This document shows positions 49,594 to 58,501 of a stretch of DNA of 63,562 bases, piece after piece; the stretch's first letter is position 1, and every line of letters begins with the position of its first letter. Origin of the DNA: Candidatus Woesearchaeota archaeon (lineage in GTDB: Archaea > Nanobdellota > Nanobdellia > Woesearchaeales > BS150m-G63); NCBI GenBank assembly GCA_019322735.1, contig JAHWIG010000003.1:1-63562 (forward strand), written 5' to 3'. The notes beneath the pieces are model-generated. The model saw only the letters and a list, made by a program, of their open reading frames with translations, had not been told where the DNA came from and did not search any database. Made by a program: the position numbers and the translations under genes.

Positions 49594-49598
49594 AAGAA

Positions 49599-49841
49599 TT
49601 ATTTATTTTTCTCTTTTTTTTTTGGCAATGGTCTTTTTACTGTTATAGGTAATAATCCCCTATCAAATTCAATTGTTGCAATCTCAATAGGGTTATACTT
49701 CACTTCTTCAAGTTCCTTTTTGTTTAATTTTACAAGAAAAGGAGCTCCCTGAGAGAGCTGTAATGCTCTGCTTCCAATCATCCGTGCTTTCTCATACTTA
49801 GTATGAACAATTTGCCCTTCTTCTTCTAAGTTCATAGGCAT
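49599..49841 (-). CDS. rpoK: DNA-directed RNA polymerase subunit K (Rpo6)
   Basis: KYEKARMIGSRALQLSQGAP. Confidence 0.88.
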   Translation of the reverse strand: MPMNLEEEGQIVHTKYEKARMIGSRALQLSQGAPFLVKLNKKELEEVKYNPIEIATIEFDRGLLPITVKRPLPKKKEKNK

Positions 49842-50602
49842 TTCCTCAACTCTTTAGATTTTTCTTTACTTATTTTGACCATTTCTTTTAATTCGTCCAC
49901 TGTCAATACTCCAGCACCTCCTTTCTGCATAGCATGGATAGTTCCATCTGCAGCTGTTGCAACAGTCAATCTGCCGTCTATATCCTTTTCTTCGCCAGTA
50001 GTTGGATCAACAACAAAATTTTTTCCAATCTTTAATACTGTTACTGAGACTGGCTCAGATGTTAATGGTAATTTTGTCTTTGTCTTAGTGCCATAATCAA
50101 CCTTATCTCCATCCAGTTTTGGAAAAACAGCATCCTTTACTGCCGCCAATGCAGCTAAAGCAGCAGCATCAAATAGATTTCCTTCATCATTCATAGGGAT
50201 AATATCAATACTGACTATCCAGGATAGTTCTCCTTCTTTGATACAGAGTTTCTTAAAATCAATCATCTTACTTTCTCTTATTCCTCTGTCTACAACTCTT
50301 GCTAATTCAATAGCCTTTATTCCAGGCGGACCAAGTTCAAATTCAGGACTAGCTAGAGGAGTTAATTCTGCTCCAACCATTATTGTACCCTGATCTGGGC
50401 TGTCTGGATATGGCGCTCTTACTTCCATCTTTACTCCTGCAATGACTTCTGTTCCGCCAATCTTAACTCTAGAGGAACCTTCGGCATTCTTATAAACACC
50501 ATATTCCACACTTACATTTCTAAACTCTAATTTCTTTCTTCCATCTAATCTTATATCTTTTTCTAATGCTTTTATCAAATGTTCTTTGTTTACTAATTCC
50601 AT
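49832..50602 (-). CDS. rrp42: Exosome complex component Rrp42
   Basis: RLDGRKKLEFRNV... RNase PH-like fold without the phosphate-binding motif, in the operon position after rrp41. Confidence 0.88.
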   Translation of the reverse strand: MELVNKEHLIKALEKDIRLDGRKKLEFRNVSVEYGVYKNAEGSSRVKIGGTEVIAGVKMEVRAPYPDSPDQGTIMVGAELTPLASPEFELGPPGIKAIELARVVDRGIRESKMIDFKKLCIKEGELSWIVSIDIIPMNDEGNLFDAAALAALAAVKDAVFPKLDGDKVDYGTKTKTKLPLTSEPVSVTVLKIGKNFVVDPTTGEEKDIDGRLTVATAADGTIHAMQKGGAGVLTVDELKEMVKISKEKSKELRKCL

Positions 50603-50606
50603 TTTA

Positions 50607-51305
50607 TTACACCTTATATTTATCTTTTAATGCTTTTTGTTGAACAGCATAAATCTTATCACATGCTTTCTTTCCCATTTCAATAGCTTTAAACAGCTGT
50701 TGTTCTGTTATCTCTCCATCCATTTGAAGTAATGATACTTCCTTACTTCTTTGCAAAAATGCAAGAGGTACATCTGCAACTGCCCCATCAAATGCTTCTT
50801 CATCATAATTCAAATCAACTAATACTGCTTCATCAACTCTTCCTACAGATACTGATGCTACCATATCTTTCATCTTTAAGCCTGCATCAGCTAATGCCAT
50901 AGAAGCTGCGCATATTCCTGCACATCTTGTTCCTGCATCAGTTTGTGGAAACTCAATGAATACATCCACAACTGAATTTGGAAATTCGTCCAAATCCAAT
51001 ACAGGAATTAATGCTTTCTCAATTACCATTGAGATCTCTTTTGACCTTCTGCTTCCGCCAGGCCTTACTCTGTCACCTTTGCTTGAAAAAGGAAGCATAT
51101 TATAGTTAACTCTTAATATTCCCCTTTCAGGATCTTGTTTAAATCTTGGAAAAAGAGTTCTTGGACCATATACTGCTGCATACGCAATAGTATTTCCTAT
51201 CTTAAAATAAGCAGAACCATCTGCTCTAGGAATAACTCCTGCTTTTGCTTCCATCTTTCTTGTCTCTTCAAACTTTCTTCCGTCTAATCGTTTTTTATAA
51301 CTCAT
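50607..51305 (-). CDS. rrp41: Exosome complex exonuclease Rrp41 (RNase PH-like)
   Basis: RLDGRKFEETRKMEAKAGVIPRADGSAYF and GGSRRSKEI. Confidence 0.9.
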   Translation of the reverse strand: MSYKKRLDGRKFEETRKMEAKAGVIPRADGSAYFKIGNTIAYAAVYGPRTLFPRFKQDPERGILRVNYNMLPFSSKGDRVRPGGSRRSKEISMVIEKALIPVLDLDEFPNSVVDVFIEFPQTDAGTRCAGICAASMALADAGLKMKDMVASVSVGRVDEAVLVDLNYDEEAFDGAVADVPLAFLQRSKEVSLLQMDGEITEQQLFKAIEMGKKACDKIYAVQQKALKDKYKV

Positions 51306-52000
51306 TTTTTAACACCTTTAATCTTCTTATCTAAATAAGCTTTAACTTTATCAGTTAACCCACTTACATGGGATTCTTTTTCAATCTTCTTTATGGCGTC
51401 AATTGCAATATTCTCCATTTGTGGTTCTCCAGAAATCCATACAATGCCATTTTGGCCAACTGTTATTCTACAATCTGTTGCTTCTTTTATCATTGATACC
51501 ATTGATCCCTGTTTACCAATTATTCTTGGTACTTTATTTGAGTTAACCTCAATAAATGATCCCCCTTCAAGCTTTCTCAAGCCAGGACCCCTCATGCTTA
51601 CATCAACAAGCTTCTGGCTTGTTACATTTGTTATTTTTGCTACGATAAAATCTCCAATATCATAAAATCTAGTCAGATCAGCTCCCCTCTGTATATAAGA
51701 GGATGTTGCTTCAGCTAAAGACATCATTGCAGAATATGCGCAATTTATTTCAAGTCTCCATGCACTCATTGCGACATCTATAACTTTTCCTATAATTGTG
51801 TCTCCCCTCTTTGGAGCATATCTTCCTGATAAAGGAATTATCTTTACTACTTTGCCTTCAACCATAACTAAACCTAGTTGAGAAGCAACAATTTTCTCAC
51901 CATCTCTATATGTTCCTCTTGAGGGTAAATAATCCATTCCTGTAGCTAAATCTTCCCCAGGAATTACAACATCTCTTTCTTTTACTACTAAATTTCCCAT
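51302..52000 (-). CDS. rrp4: Exosome RNA-binding subunit Rrp4 (S1 plus KH)
   Basis: S1 and KH (IIGKQGSMV) domains. ATG 52000 is preceded by SD GGAGG, and the ORF-track start at 52045 lies inside the hairpin region. Confidence 0.88.
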   Translation of the reverse strand: MGNLVVKERDVVIPGEDLATGMDYLPSRGTYRDGEKIVASQLGLVMVEGKVVKIIPLSGRYAPKRGDTIIGKVIDVAMSAWRLEINCAYSAMMSLAEATSSYIQRGADLTRFYDIGDFIVAKITNVTSQKLVDVSMRGPGLRKLEGGSFIEVNSNKVPRIIGKQGSMVSMIKEATDCRITVGQNGIVWISGEPQMENIAIDAIKKIEKESHVSGLTDKVKAYLDKKIKGVKK

Positions 52001-52025
52001 TTTATTCCTCCGTGTTTTTAGGTGG

Positions 52026-52061
52026 AATAAAACTTGAAGACGCAAGTCTTCTTGTTTTATT
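52026..52061 (-). other. Intergenic hairpin (AATAAAACTTGAAGAC-GCAA-GTCTTCTTGTTTTATT) between SBDS and rrp4
   Basis: A 16-position stem with a 2-nt internal mismatch, followed by T residues on the transcribed strand. Confidence 0.55.
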
Positions 52062-52075
52062 TTCCTCCATTTACC

Positions 52076-52789
52076 TCACTTTAATATTTTTGATTCTAAA
52101 TTTCCATGAACAACGTCATTTAATCTATCAAATAACTCTTGCTGCGTTGCTGCAGGAACTTCTACTACACATAACCAAGATCCGTCAGATAACCAGTCTT
52201 CTTTCTGTATCTTTACCAATCCTCTGACTACTGCATTAGCTTTTCCAGCATGTTCTGCAGGAATCTTTATCTCTATCTCTTTTACCTCAAAACTTAATGG
52301 TAAAACTGGTCTTATATTTTTGATTATGTCTTCTAATTGTTCTTTTGCAGATTTGAACTCATTTATATGTACTTTTGCCTCTGCAAAGGCATTTTCTATC
52401 CTTGTTGCAGGATGTGGCAGTCCAGTGCTAGGATCAACAGAATTCTTGTGAATCATATCAATAATCTCTTTCTTTTTATCCTCAATAAGTCCTTGCCTGT
52501 ATTCAGCTGTTAATTGTATTTCTCCTTCACTTAAGATTATTTTTGCAACAACTAAACTATCTTCGCTATCAAATATTTCTTTTAATTTATGTTCAGAAGC
52601 CAATAATCCTTTTTTTGCATCAGAAAATATCTTCTCACTCTTTAAGATTTCGCTAATATCAACATCGTTTCCTTCTTTGAATTGAATGGCAAGACTAGGT
52701 TCGACTACAATCTCAAATATTTCTCCTTCTTTCTTTAATCTTGCTAGATTAAATTGCACTTTTTCGTGATCGTGTGTTATTCTTACCAT
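52076..52789 (-). CDS. sdo1: SBDS-family ribosome maturation protein
   Basis: ARLKKEGEIFEIVVEP...FKEG at the N-terminus, in the conserved superoperon position. Confidence 0.85.
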   Translation of the reverse strand: MVRITHDHEKVQFNLARLKKEGEIFEIVVEPSLAIQFKEGNDVDISEILKSEKIFSDAKKGLLASEHKLKEIFDSEDSLVVAKIILSEGEIQLTAEYRQGLIEDKKKEIIDMIHKNSVDPSTGLPHPATRIENAFAEAKVHINEFKSAKEQLEDIIKNIRPVLPLSFEVKEIEIKIPAEHAGKANAVVRGLVKIQKEDWLSDGSWLCVVEVPAATQQELFDRLNDVVHGNLESKILK

Positions 52790-52852
52790 TTTTCGAGCGT
52801 TTTTTAGTGATAAAAACTTGAAAAATTTATTCTTCTTGTTTTTCTAATGTTT

Positions 52853-53581
52853 TTATCTTTTTATAGATTTAATTACCTTGTCTATATCCTTTCTGCTTAT
52901 TCTTGTGAATTTTTTATCCTCTTTTGTTATACAAACAGCATCTATTCTCTCAGCCTTGAATCCTTTTCCTAATGCCTTTCTCAATGATTTTATAGCAAGT
53001 TTTAATCCATCTTCAAGAGTCATGTCTTCTCTATAGTGTTTCTCCAGCATCTGTTCAACTTCTGTTTCACCTTCTCCAATTGCTGTTGCCTTGTATTGGA
53101 AGTAGATTCCAATTGGATCAGTCTCAAATAATTTAAGGCCACCTTCATCAACACCCGCTACCAGTAAGCTTACACCAAAAGGCCTTAATCCGCCACTTTG
53201 TGTGCATATCTGTTTTAATTGAGCAATATCCTTAACAACACTCAGTACATCAATAGTGTTGTTGTATGTAACTCTGTGCTGCTGTGCCTTTACTTGGGCA
53301 TTTTCTATCAATACTCTGGCATCAGATAATATTCCAGAAGCAGTTGCCCCTATATTATCATCAATCTGCCAAATTTTTTCAACAGCTTCAGGAACAATTA
53401 ATTTATTTATAATTCTCTTATCTGTTACCAGTAAAACGCCATCTTTACATACAATTCCGATAGCAGTTGATCCCTGCTTTACTGTCTTCTTAGCATATTC
53501 TACCTGCAATAATCTTCCATCAGGACTGAACATTGTAATTGTTCGGTCATACCCCATTGCTTGATGTGACATTGGATCCAT
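52853..53581 (-). CDS. psmA: Proteasome subunit alpha
   Basis: YDRTITMFSPDGRLLQVEYA. Confidence 0.93.
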   Translation of the reverse strand: MDPMSHQAMGYDRTITMFSPDGRLLQVEYAKKTVKQGSTAIGIVCKDGVLLVTDKRIINKLIVPEAVEKIWQIDDNIGATASGILSDARVLIENAQVKAQQHRVTYNNTIDVLSVVKDIAQLKQICTQSGGLRPFGVSLLVAGVDEGGLKLFETDPIGIYFQYKATAIGEGETEVEQMLEKHYREDMTLEDGLKLAIKSLRKALGKGFKAERIDAVCITKEDKKFTRISRKDIDKVIKSIKR

Positions 53582-53618
53582 TTTGTTTTTTGACCTCCGG
53601 TTTTTTGAGGGAACAAAG

Positions 53619-53648
53619 CCATGAAGACGAATTTTTTAGTCTTCTTGG
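53619..53648 (-). other. Intergenic hairpin (CCATGAAGAC-N10-GTCTTCTTGG) between pop5 and psmA
   Basis: A 10-bp stem with 1 mismatch, sharing the GAAGAC/GTCTTC core with the 52026 and 54136 hairpins. Confidence 0.5.
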
Positions 53649-53653
53649 TATCC

Positions 53654-53983
53654 TCACCCCAGATATTTATTCTCAGCTTTTTTTAATATTCCAGAGACGC
53701 CAATACTTCTCATTATAACATCCCCTTTATGAAATGAACATAATGCTGCCCTTAATTGATCAACATATTTGTAATGCACCTTCACTATTCCTCTTTGCTT
53801 AATCTTATTCCACTTATTCTTTAAAAATATTAAACCTGCCTTTCCCAAGCCGATTTCACCATGTAATCTTAGCATAAATTCTTCTATATCTTTCTCTGGA
53901 ATTCCTGATAATTTTTTCTTTGAAATAACTTCAAAGACCAAATATCTTTTTTTTTCTCTTAAACTTGGTAATAGAGGTTTCAT
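53654..53983 (-). CDS. rnp2: RNase P protein component Pop5 (Rnp2)
   Basis: LPSLREKKRYLVFEV N-terminus at ~110 aa, in the superoperon position upstream of psmA. Confidence 0.8.
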   Translation of the reverse strand: MKPLLPSLREKKRYLVFEVISKKKLSGIPEKDIEEFMLRLHGEIGLGKAGLIFLKNKWNKIKQRGIVKVHYKYVDQLRAALCSFHKGDVIMRSIGVSGILKKAENKYLG

Positions 53984-54135
53984 ATTGTCTTTCTAGAGAA
54001 AAAGTAAACCTCATGCTTCTTTTTTTCTTTCTCTCTCTACCTAAAAAGGATTAATTTTGTGTTTATAAAGGTTTCGAAAACTCGATAGGGTTTAAAAAAA
54101 CTCAGGAGAAGTATTATCATCAGTTTTTGAAAAAG

Positions 54136-54164
54136 CCTAGAAGACTTGTTTTACGTCTTGTTGG
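54136..54164 (-). terminator. Hairpin (CCTAGAAGAC-N9-GTCTTGTTGG) followed by CTTTTT on the minus strand, 3' of the HPF-like gene
   Basis: The minus strand reads CCAACAAGAC-GTAAAACAA-GTCTTCTAGG-CTTTTT, 18 nt after the stop codon. Confidence 0.45.
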
Positions 54165-54181
54165 GTTCGAAAAGAAATATA

Positions 54182-54484
54182 TTACTTCAACTTATGCAGT
54201 ATCTCTCTTTCCATTTTCTTAAAAACTTTATGCAATGTCCTGGCAAAGTCCCAATCAGCATAACTAGTGCTAAATATTGTTGTTGGTGCAACAACCTTAG
54301 CATGAACATCATACTTTCTCTTGCCGCCTGCTTTTTTATACAGCTTAATATCTACCTGTAAAGATATTAGATTATTCAATGATCTTTTAATTTTATCATA
54401 GTACTCAGGAGCTAATTTGTTTAATGTTATTTTTTCACTATCATTTAACTTATCTGCTCCACGATACTGTATTTCTTCCATCAT
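54182..54484 (-). CDS. HPF/YfiA (S30AE)-like ribosome-associated protein
   Basis: At 100 aa, the order of predicted strand- and helix-forming segments and the C-terminal YADWDFARTLHKVFKKMEREILHK resemble the ...AIDxxxDKLxRQLxK end of hibernation factors. Confidence 0.4.
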   Translation of the reverse strand: MMEEIQYRGADKLNDSEKITLNKLAPEYYDKIKRSLNNLISLQVDIKLYKKAGGKRKYDVHAKVVAPTTIFSTSYADWDFARTLHKVFKKMEREILHKLK

Positions 54485-54993
54485 CTTAACACCTCTAGAA
54501 TCTTTTTTCCAAAAGCTTCTGCTGCTTCTGGGCCGTTAGCTGTAATAATCTTTCCATCCACAACAACATCCTGGTCAACATAGATTGCTCCATTTTCTTC
54601 CAATATATCAACACCTTCCCTCTTATTGGGCCGGGCCCAGACTGTTGCCCGTCTACCACTTAATACACCTGATTTTGCTAAAATAGCGGGACCAATACAT
54701 ATTGCTGTTACAAATTTACCTTCATCTAAGAATTTCCTTGCCAGTTCTAATGCTTTTTTATTATCAAAATAAGTTCTAGCCCCAGTACCGCCAACAAATA
54801 GAATCAGATTATAATCTGAAGTTGCATTATCAATCAATAAATCAACATCCACTTGCTTCCCAAACTTACTCATACTTGTATCAGAAGTAGAAGCAGTAGT
54901 AACCTCTATGCCATTTTCTTCTAGAATCTGTTTAGGAACAAAATATTCTTCATCCCTAAACTCAACAGGGGCAATAATAAATAATGCTTTCAT
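54481..54993 (-). CDS. DJ-1/PfpI family protein
   Basis: FVTAICIGPAILAKSG nucleophile-elbow motif at ~170 aa. Confidence 0.8.
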   Translation of the reverse strand: MKALFIIAPVEFRDEEYFVPKQILEENGIEVTTASTSDTSMSKFGKQVDVDLLIDNATSDYNLILFVGGTGARTYFDNKKALELARKFLDEGKFVTAICIGPAILAKSGVLSGRRATVWARPNKREGVDILEENGAIYVDQDVVVDGKIITANGPEAAEAFGKKILEVLR

Positions 54994-55087
54994 ATTATAA
55001 ATATAATAACTACTTTTTTACTTATAAATTTATTGTTTTATTTATCAAAACAAAAGATTTATATATTTCATTTTCCTAAATTTAGCT

Positions 55088-55363
55088 ATGCCGGAAGAAA
55101 CAAAGGGGCCTGATATAGACAACTTAATGAAAATAATTCTTGTTGGTGTTATTTCTTTAGCAATACTTTCTTCATTCATATTCCTATTCAGTTTTGGTAA
55201 AACAGCTTCTCTTGCAGGGGAGGCAATAGATGTTTTAACTCAAATAAGATCTTCACAGATTGAGAATATGACAGAAGATGAATTTGAAGAACGCGTATAC
55301 TGTTCTGCAACAGTTGTAAACTCGGGACAAGAAAGAGCCATATTCCTATATAATTGTCAATAA
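55088..55363 (+). CDS. Small membrane-anchored hypothetical protein
   Basis: One TM helix (IILVGVISLAILSSFIFLF). Confidence 0.4.
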   Translation: MPEETKGPDIDNLMKIILVGVISLAILSSFIFLFSFGKTASLAGEAIDVLTQIRSSQIENMTEDEFEERVYCSATVVNSGQERAIFLYNCQ

Positions 55364-55383
55364 TATCACTTGGGGGTGAAATT

Positions 55384-55638
55384 ATGTCCAAAGATTTAAA
55401 AGAAGTCGGCAAGGTTATTGGATTTTACGCAAATATAAGTGTAGCAGCAATTGATTTAAGTGGAGCTCTGGCAGTGGGAGATACTATTGTCATAAAGGGA
55501 CATACAACTAATTTTGAGCAAACTTTAGATAGTATGCAAATTGAGAATAAAGAAGTAGAGAAAGCTAAAAAAGGGGATCCAATAGGAATTAAGGTAAAAG
55601 ACCGCGTAAGAAAACACGACAAAGTTTATAAGAAATAG
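55384..55638 (+). CDS. Small EF-Tu domain-2-like beta-barrel protein
   Basis: GKVIGFYANISVAAIDLSGALAVGDTIVIKG...KKGDPIGIKV. SD GGGGGTGA lies before ATG 55384. Confidence 0.5.
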   Translation: MSKDLKEVGKVIGFYANISVAAIDLSGALAVGDTIVIKGHTTNFEQTLDSMQIENKEVEKAKKGDPIGIKVKDRVRKHDKVYKK

Positions 55639-55661
55639 TTATAAAACAGGGGGGTGGAATA

Positions 55662-55835
55662 ATGGTAAAAGGAGCATGGTGCGCTATGCCAAAAATCTGG
55701 GCAGTTATTACCCTGGTTGTAGGTATTTTATACCTTGGCCAAGATCTTGGCTGGTGGGCATTCTGGACACTTAGTTGGTGGACAGTAGCATTCCTTATGA
55801 TTGCTGTCAGCAATCTGCAAGGAACACTTAAGTAA
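55662..55835 (+). CDS. Candidate 57-aa Trp-rich membrane peptide
   Basis: MVKGAWCAMPKIWAVITLVVGILYLGQDLGWWAFWTLSWWTVAFLMIAVSNLQGTLK. SD GGGGGTGG lies upstream. It is below the ORF-track cutoff. Confidence 0.4.
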   Translation: MVKGAWCAMPKIWAVITLVVGILYLGQDLGWWAFWTLSWWTVAFLMIAVSNLQGTLK

Positions 55836-55895
55836 AAAATCTGTAAGAAACAAGATTTGTATGTTTTTTCTATTTAGTTTTAGTTATTTTAAATA

Positions 55896-55967
55896 TGAGC
55901 CTGCAGGGATTCGAACCCCGATCAACCGGTCCGAAGCCGGACGCACTATCCATTATGCTACAGGCCC
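55896..55967 (-). tRNA. tRNA-Arg (TCG)
   Basis: The reverse complement folds with acceptor GGGCCTG/CAGGCTC (one G-U pair), anticodon loop CTTCGGA and T-loop TTCGAAT. There is one T-T mismatch at the top of the anticodon stem. Confidence 0.8.
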
Positions 55968-56149
55968 AATTGAATTTAATAATGAACTTTTAATATAAAA
56001 AAGTATGTAAAAAGAATTATTTCTGAAGAGGATCTTTTCCAAATCCAACCCAGAGGTACTTGGCTTCTTTCTTCCTGAACAGTTTCCTTGCTTTTTTAAA
56101 TAAACTAACAATATTGTCTATAACTGCTTCCATCTTAGTTATCTCTTTC

Positions 56150-56434
56150 CTACTTGGTCATCTTTAATGTAATCTCAATTGTTGAAACTCTTATTTCTTT
56201 GCCTTCTTTGTTTTTGAAATCTTCAGAATCTATTGCTATGTCTTCAACTTTTACCTGTCCAACTAAGAATCTCTTTGTTGTTACTTCTGATATATCTACT
56301 GCTCGAGAAATAAACTTCCCTCTTGCCTTAACTATCACTTCTTTTGCATCCTTTGTAGTAAATTGCATCACTATGCCAGTCACGTAGTTCATGAATGGCT
56401 TTCCACCAACAAAAATACAGTTATCTTCTGCCAT
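56150..56434 (-). CDS. albA: Chromatin protein Alba
   Basis: IFVGGKPFMNYVTGIVMQF...EVIVKARGKFISRAVDISEV...VSTIEITL. ATG 56434 follows SD GGTGGGGTG. Confidence 0.88.
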   Translation of the reverse strand: MAEDNCIFVGGKPFMNYVTGIVMQFTTKDAKEVIVKARGKFISRAVDISEVTTKRFLVGQVKVEDIAIDSEDFKNKEGKEIRVSTIEITLKMTK

Positions 56435-56468
56435 AGTATTCACCCCACCAGTATGTCGTCAATAAGAG

Positions 56469-56657
56469 CTAATCGCCCTTTTTCATTATCCTTGTAACAT
56501 ATCCTGCAATCACATTTCTCATCTTAGTAGAAGGAATTATTGCAAATTTACTTACAATTGCTTTATTTTCATCGAAGTTTTTCTTAAATTCTTCACCGTG
56601 CTCTTTAATTAATTCATTAGTTACTCTTTTCACAAGTCGTGTCTTTATTCTTCCCAT
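56469..56657 (-). CDS. rps17e: 30S ribosomal protein S17e
   Basis: MGRIKTRLVKRVTNELI... and NVIAGYVTR. Confidence 0.9.
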   Translation of the reverse strand: MGRIKTRLVKRVTNELIKEHGEEFKKNFDENKAIVSKFAIIPSTKMRNVIAGYVTRIMKKGD

Positions 56658-56757
56658 GATATTTCCCCCTAGAATAACAAAAACGCATTATTTGTTTATA
56701 AATATTGCGGTTTCTTTATTAATAATCTTTAAATACTTCCTATTCTTGGTATTGTTT

Positions 56758-58455
56758 ATGCCTGATATAAAAAAGACGGTGATTAAATATGTGCTTCAGA
56801 ATGCTGTAAAGTATAAAGGAAAGGCACAGTTAAAGAATGTTATACCAAAAGTAATTGGAGAGATTCCTTCTGCTCGTTCTGATATGAGGTCCCTGATCCT
56901 AGAAATAAACAAGATAATCAAGGAAGTTAACTCATTAACACAAGAAAAACAATTAGAAAAACTTCAAGAAATTGCACCAGAATTATTGGAAGAGAAACCA
57001 AAAGAGGAAAAAAAGCTGAAAGAGTTAGAGAACACAGAAAAAGGAGTAGTTATGCGTTTAGCACCTTCTCCATCTGGTCCAATGCACATTGGACATGCAA
57101 TTACTGGTGCATTAACTTCTGTATATGTTAAGAAATATAATGGAAAATTCATATTAAGAATAGAAGATACAAATCCAGAGAATATTTATTCCCCCGCATA
57201 TAAATTATTACCAAGAGATGCTGATTGGATTTTTGGAAATATTTCAGAAGTTTGGATTCAGTCAGATAGGATTAAAATTTATTACACATATGCTGAAAAA
57301 CTCATAAAACAAGATTCTGCATATGTATGCACTTGTAATCCAGATAAATTCAGACAATATTCAAAAAGTAAGAAGAATTGCCCCTGCAGATCACTATCCC
57401 TTAAAGAAAATATAGCAAGATGGAATAATATGTTAAACAAAAAAGGATTCAAGCAGGGAGAAGCAGTATTAAGATTTAAATCGAGCATGACTCAGAATAA
57501 TCCAGCAATGAGGGATTTTCCTTTAGCAAGGATAAATGAATCAAAACATCCAAGACAGGGAACTAAATACAGGGTATGGCCCTTAATGAATCTTTCAGTA
57601 CTAGTTGATGATATTGAAGCAGGAATGACTCATATCATTAGAGGAAAGGATCATGTTGATAATGCAAAAAGGCAGGAACTTATGTATAAAGTATTAAACA
57701 AAGAACCACCAAAAACATATTTTATAGGCAGGTATAAATTTAAAGGCCTAGAGATATCTTGCAGTAAAACAAGGGAAAGAATAGAAAATAAAGAATTTTC
57801 TGGATGGGATGATATAAGACTACCTTTCTTAGAGCCATTAAGGAGAAGGGGATTTCAACCAGGTGCATTTATTGAATATTCAAAACAAATAGGATTATCT
57901 CTTGTGGATAAAGTTATAACATCAAATGAATTCTTTAAGACATTAAACGCATTTAACAAGAAAATCCTGGATCCAAAGAGCAATAGATACTTTTTCATCC
58001 AAAATCCAGTAAAAATAGCCATAAAAGATGCCCCAACACAGACAATAAACATTCGTCTTCATCCAAATAATCTAAAAAGAGGAACAAGACAACTAAAAGC
58101 AACTGATGAATTTTATTTAGCCAAAGAAGATGTAGACTCCCTCACAAACAATAAGTACTACAGACTGATGGAGTGCCTTAATTTCAAAAAAGAAAAAAAT
58201 AACTACATATTTGATTCTAAAAATATAACTGAATTCAAAAATAAAGGAAAAAAGATTATCCACTGGCTACCCCAATCAAAAAACTTAGTAAATGTTGAAG
58301 TATTGATGCCAAATAATCAAAGAGTAAAAGGATTTGCAGAACCATTAACAAATAAACTAAAACAAGGCGATATTATACAATTTGAGCGTTTTGGCTTCTG
58401 TAGATTAGATAAAAAACTGAAAAATAAATTAGTATTCTGGTTTGCTCATAAGTAG
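56758..58455 (+). CDS. gltX: Glutamyl-tRNA synthetase, archaeal type
   Basis: An N-terminal helical YVLQNAVKYKGKAQ segment, the class I HIGH motif (PSGPMHIGHA) and an anticodon-binding beta-barrel C-terminus. The ORF-track start at 56656 adds a hydrophobic, likely untranslated extension. Confidence 0.88.
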   Translation: MPDIKKTVIKYVLQNAVKYKGKAQLKNVIPKVIGEIPSARSDMRSLILEINKIIKEVNSLTQEKQLEKLQEIAPELLEEKPKEEKKLKELENTEKGVVMRLAPSPSGPMHIGHAITGALTSVYVKKYNGKFILRIEDTNPENIYSPAYKLLPRDADWIFGNISEVWIQSDRIKIYYTYAEKLIKQDSAYVCTCNPDKFRQYSKSKKNCPCRSLSLKENIARWNNMLNKKGFKQGEAVLRFKSSMTQNNPAMRDFPLARINESKHPRQGTKYRVWPLMNLSVLVDDIEAGMTHIIRGKDHVDNAKRQELMYKVLNKEPPKTYFIGRYKFKGLEISCSKTRERIENKEFSGWDDIRLPFLEPLRRRGFQPGAFIEYSKQIGLSLVDKVITSNEFFKTLNAFNKKILDPKSNRYFFIQNPVKIAIKDAPTQTINIRLHPNNLKRGTRQLKATDEFYLAKEDVDSLTNNKYYRLMECLNFKKEKNNYIFDSKNITEFKNKGKKIIHWLPQSKNLVNVEVLMPNNQRVKGFAEPLTNKLKQGDIIQFERFGFCRLDKKLKNKLVFWFAHK

Positions 58456-58501
58456 AAATATTTATATAATCCATAAAACAAAACTAAACAAGGTGATATA
58501 A

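Noticed and set aside
54101-54123. Possible C/D-box sRNA (minus strand CTGATGA-N11-CTGA)
   Set aside because: A C box and a D'-like CTGA are present, but no C' box and no terminal D box follow at the expected spacing, and there is no terminal stem.
52031-54150. Apparent enrichment of the hexamer GAAGAC (also present in the uL1/eS6 shared block and at 35353)
   Set aside because: A rough composition-based expectation is ~10 occurrences per strand in 63 kb, similar to what I see. Only the intergenic hairpin context is unusual.
56017-56133. 38-aa ORF (MEAVIDNIVSLFKKARKLFRKKEAKYLWVGFGKDPLQK) 16 nt downstream of alba on the minus strand
   Set aside because: It is too short and featureless to support without conservation or expression data, and its SD is weak.
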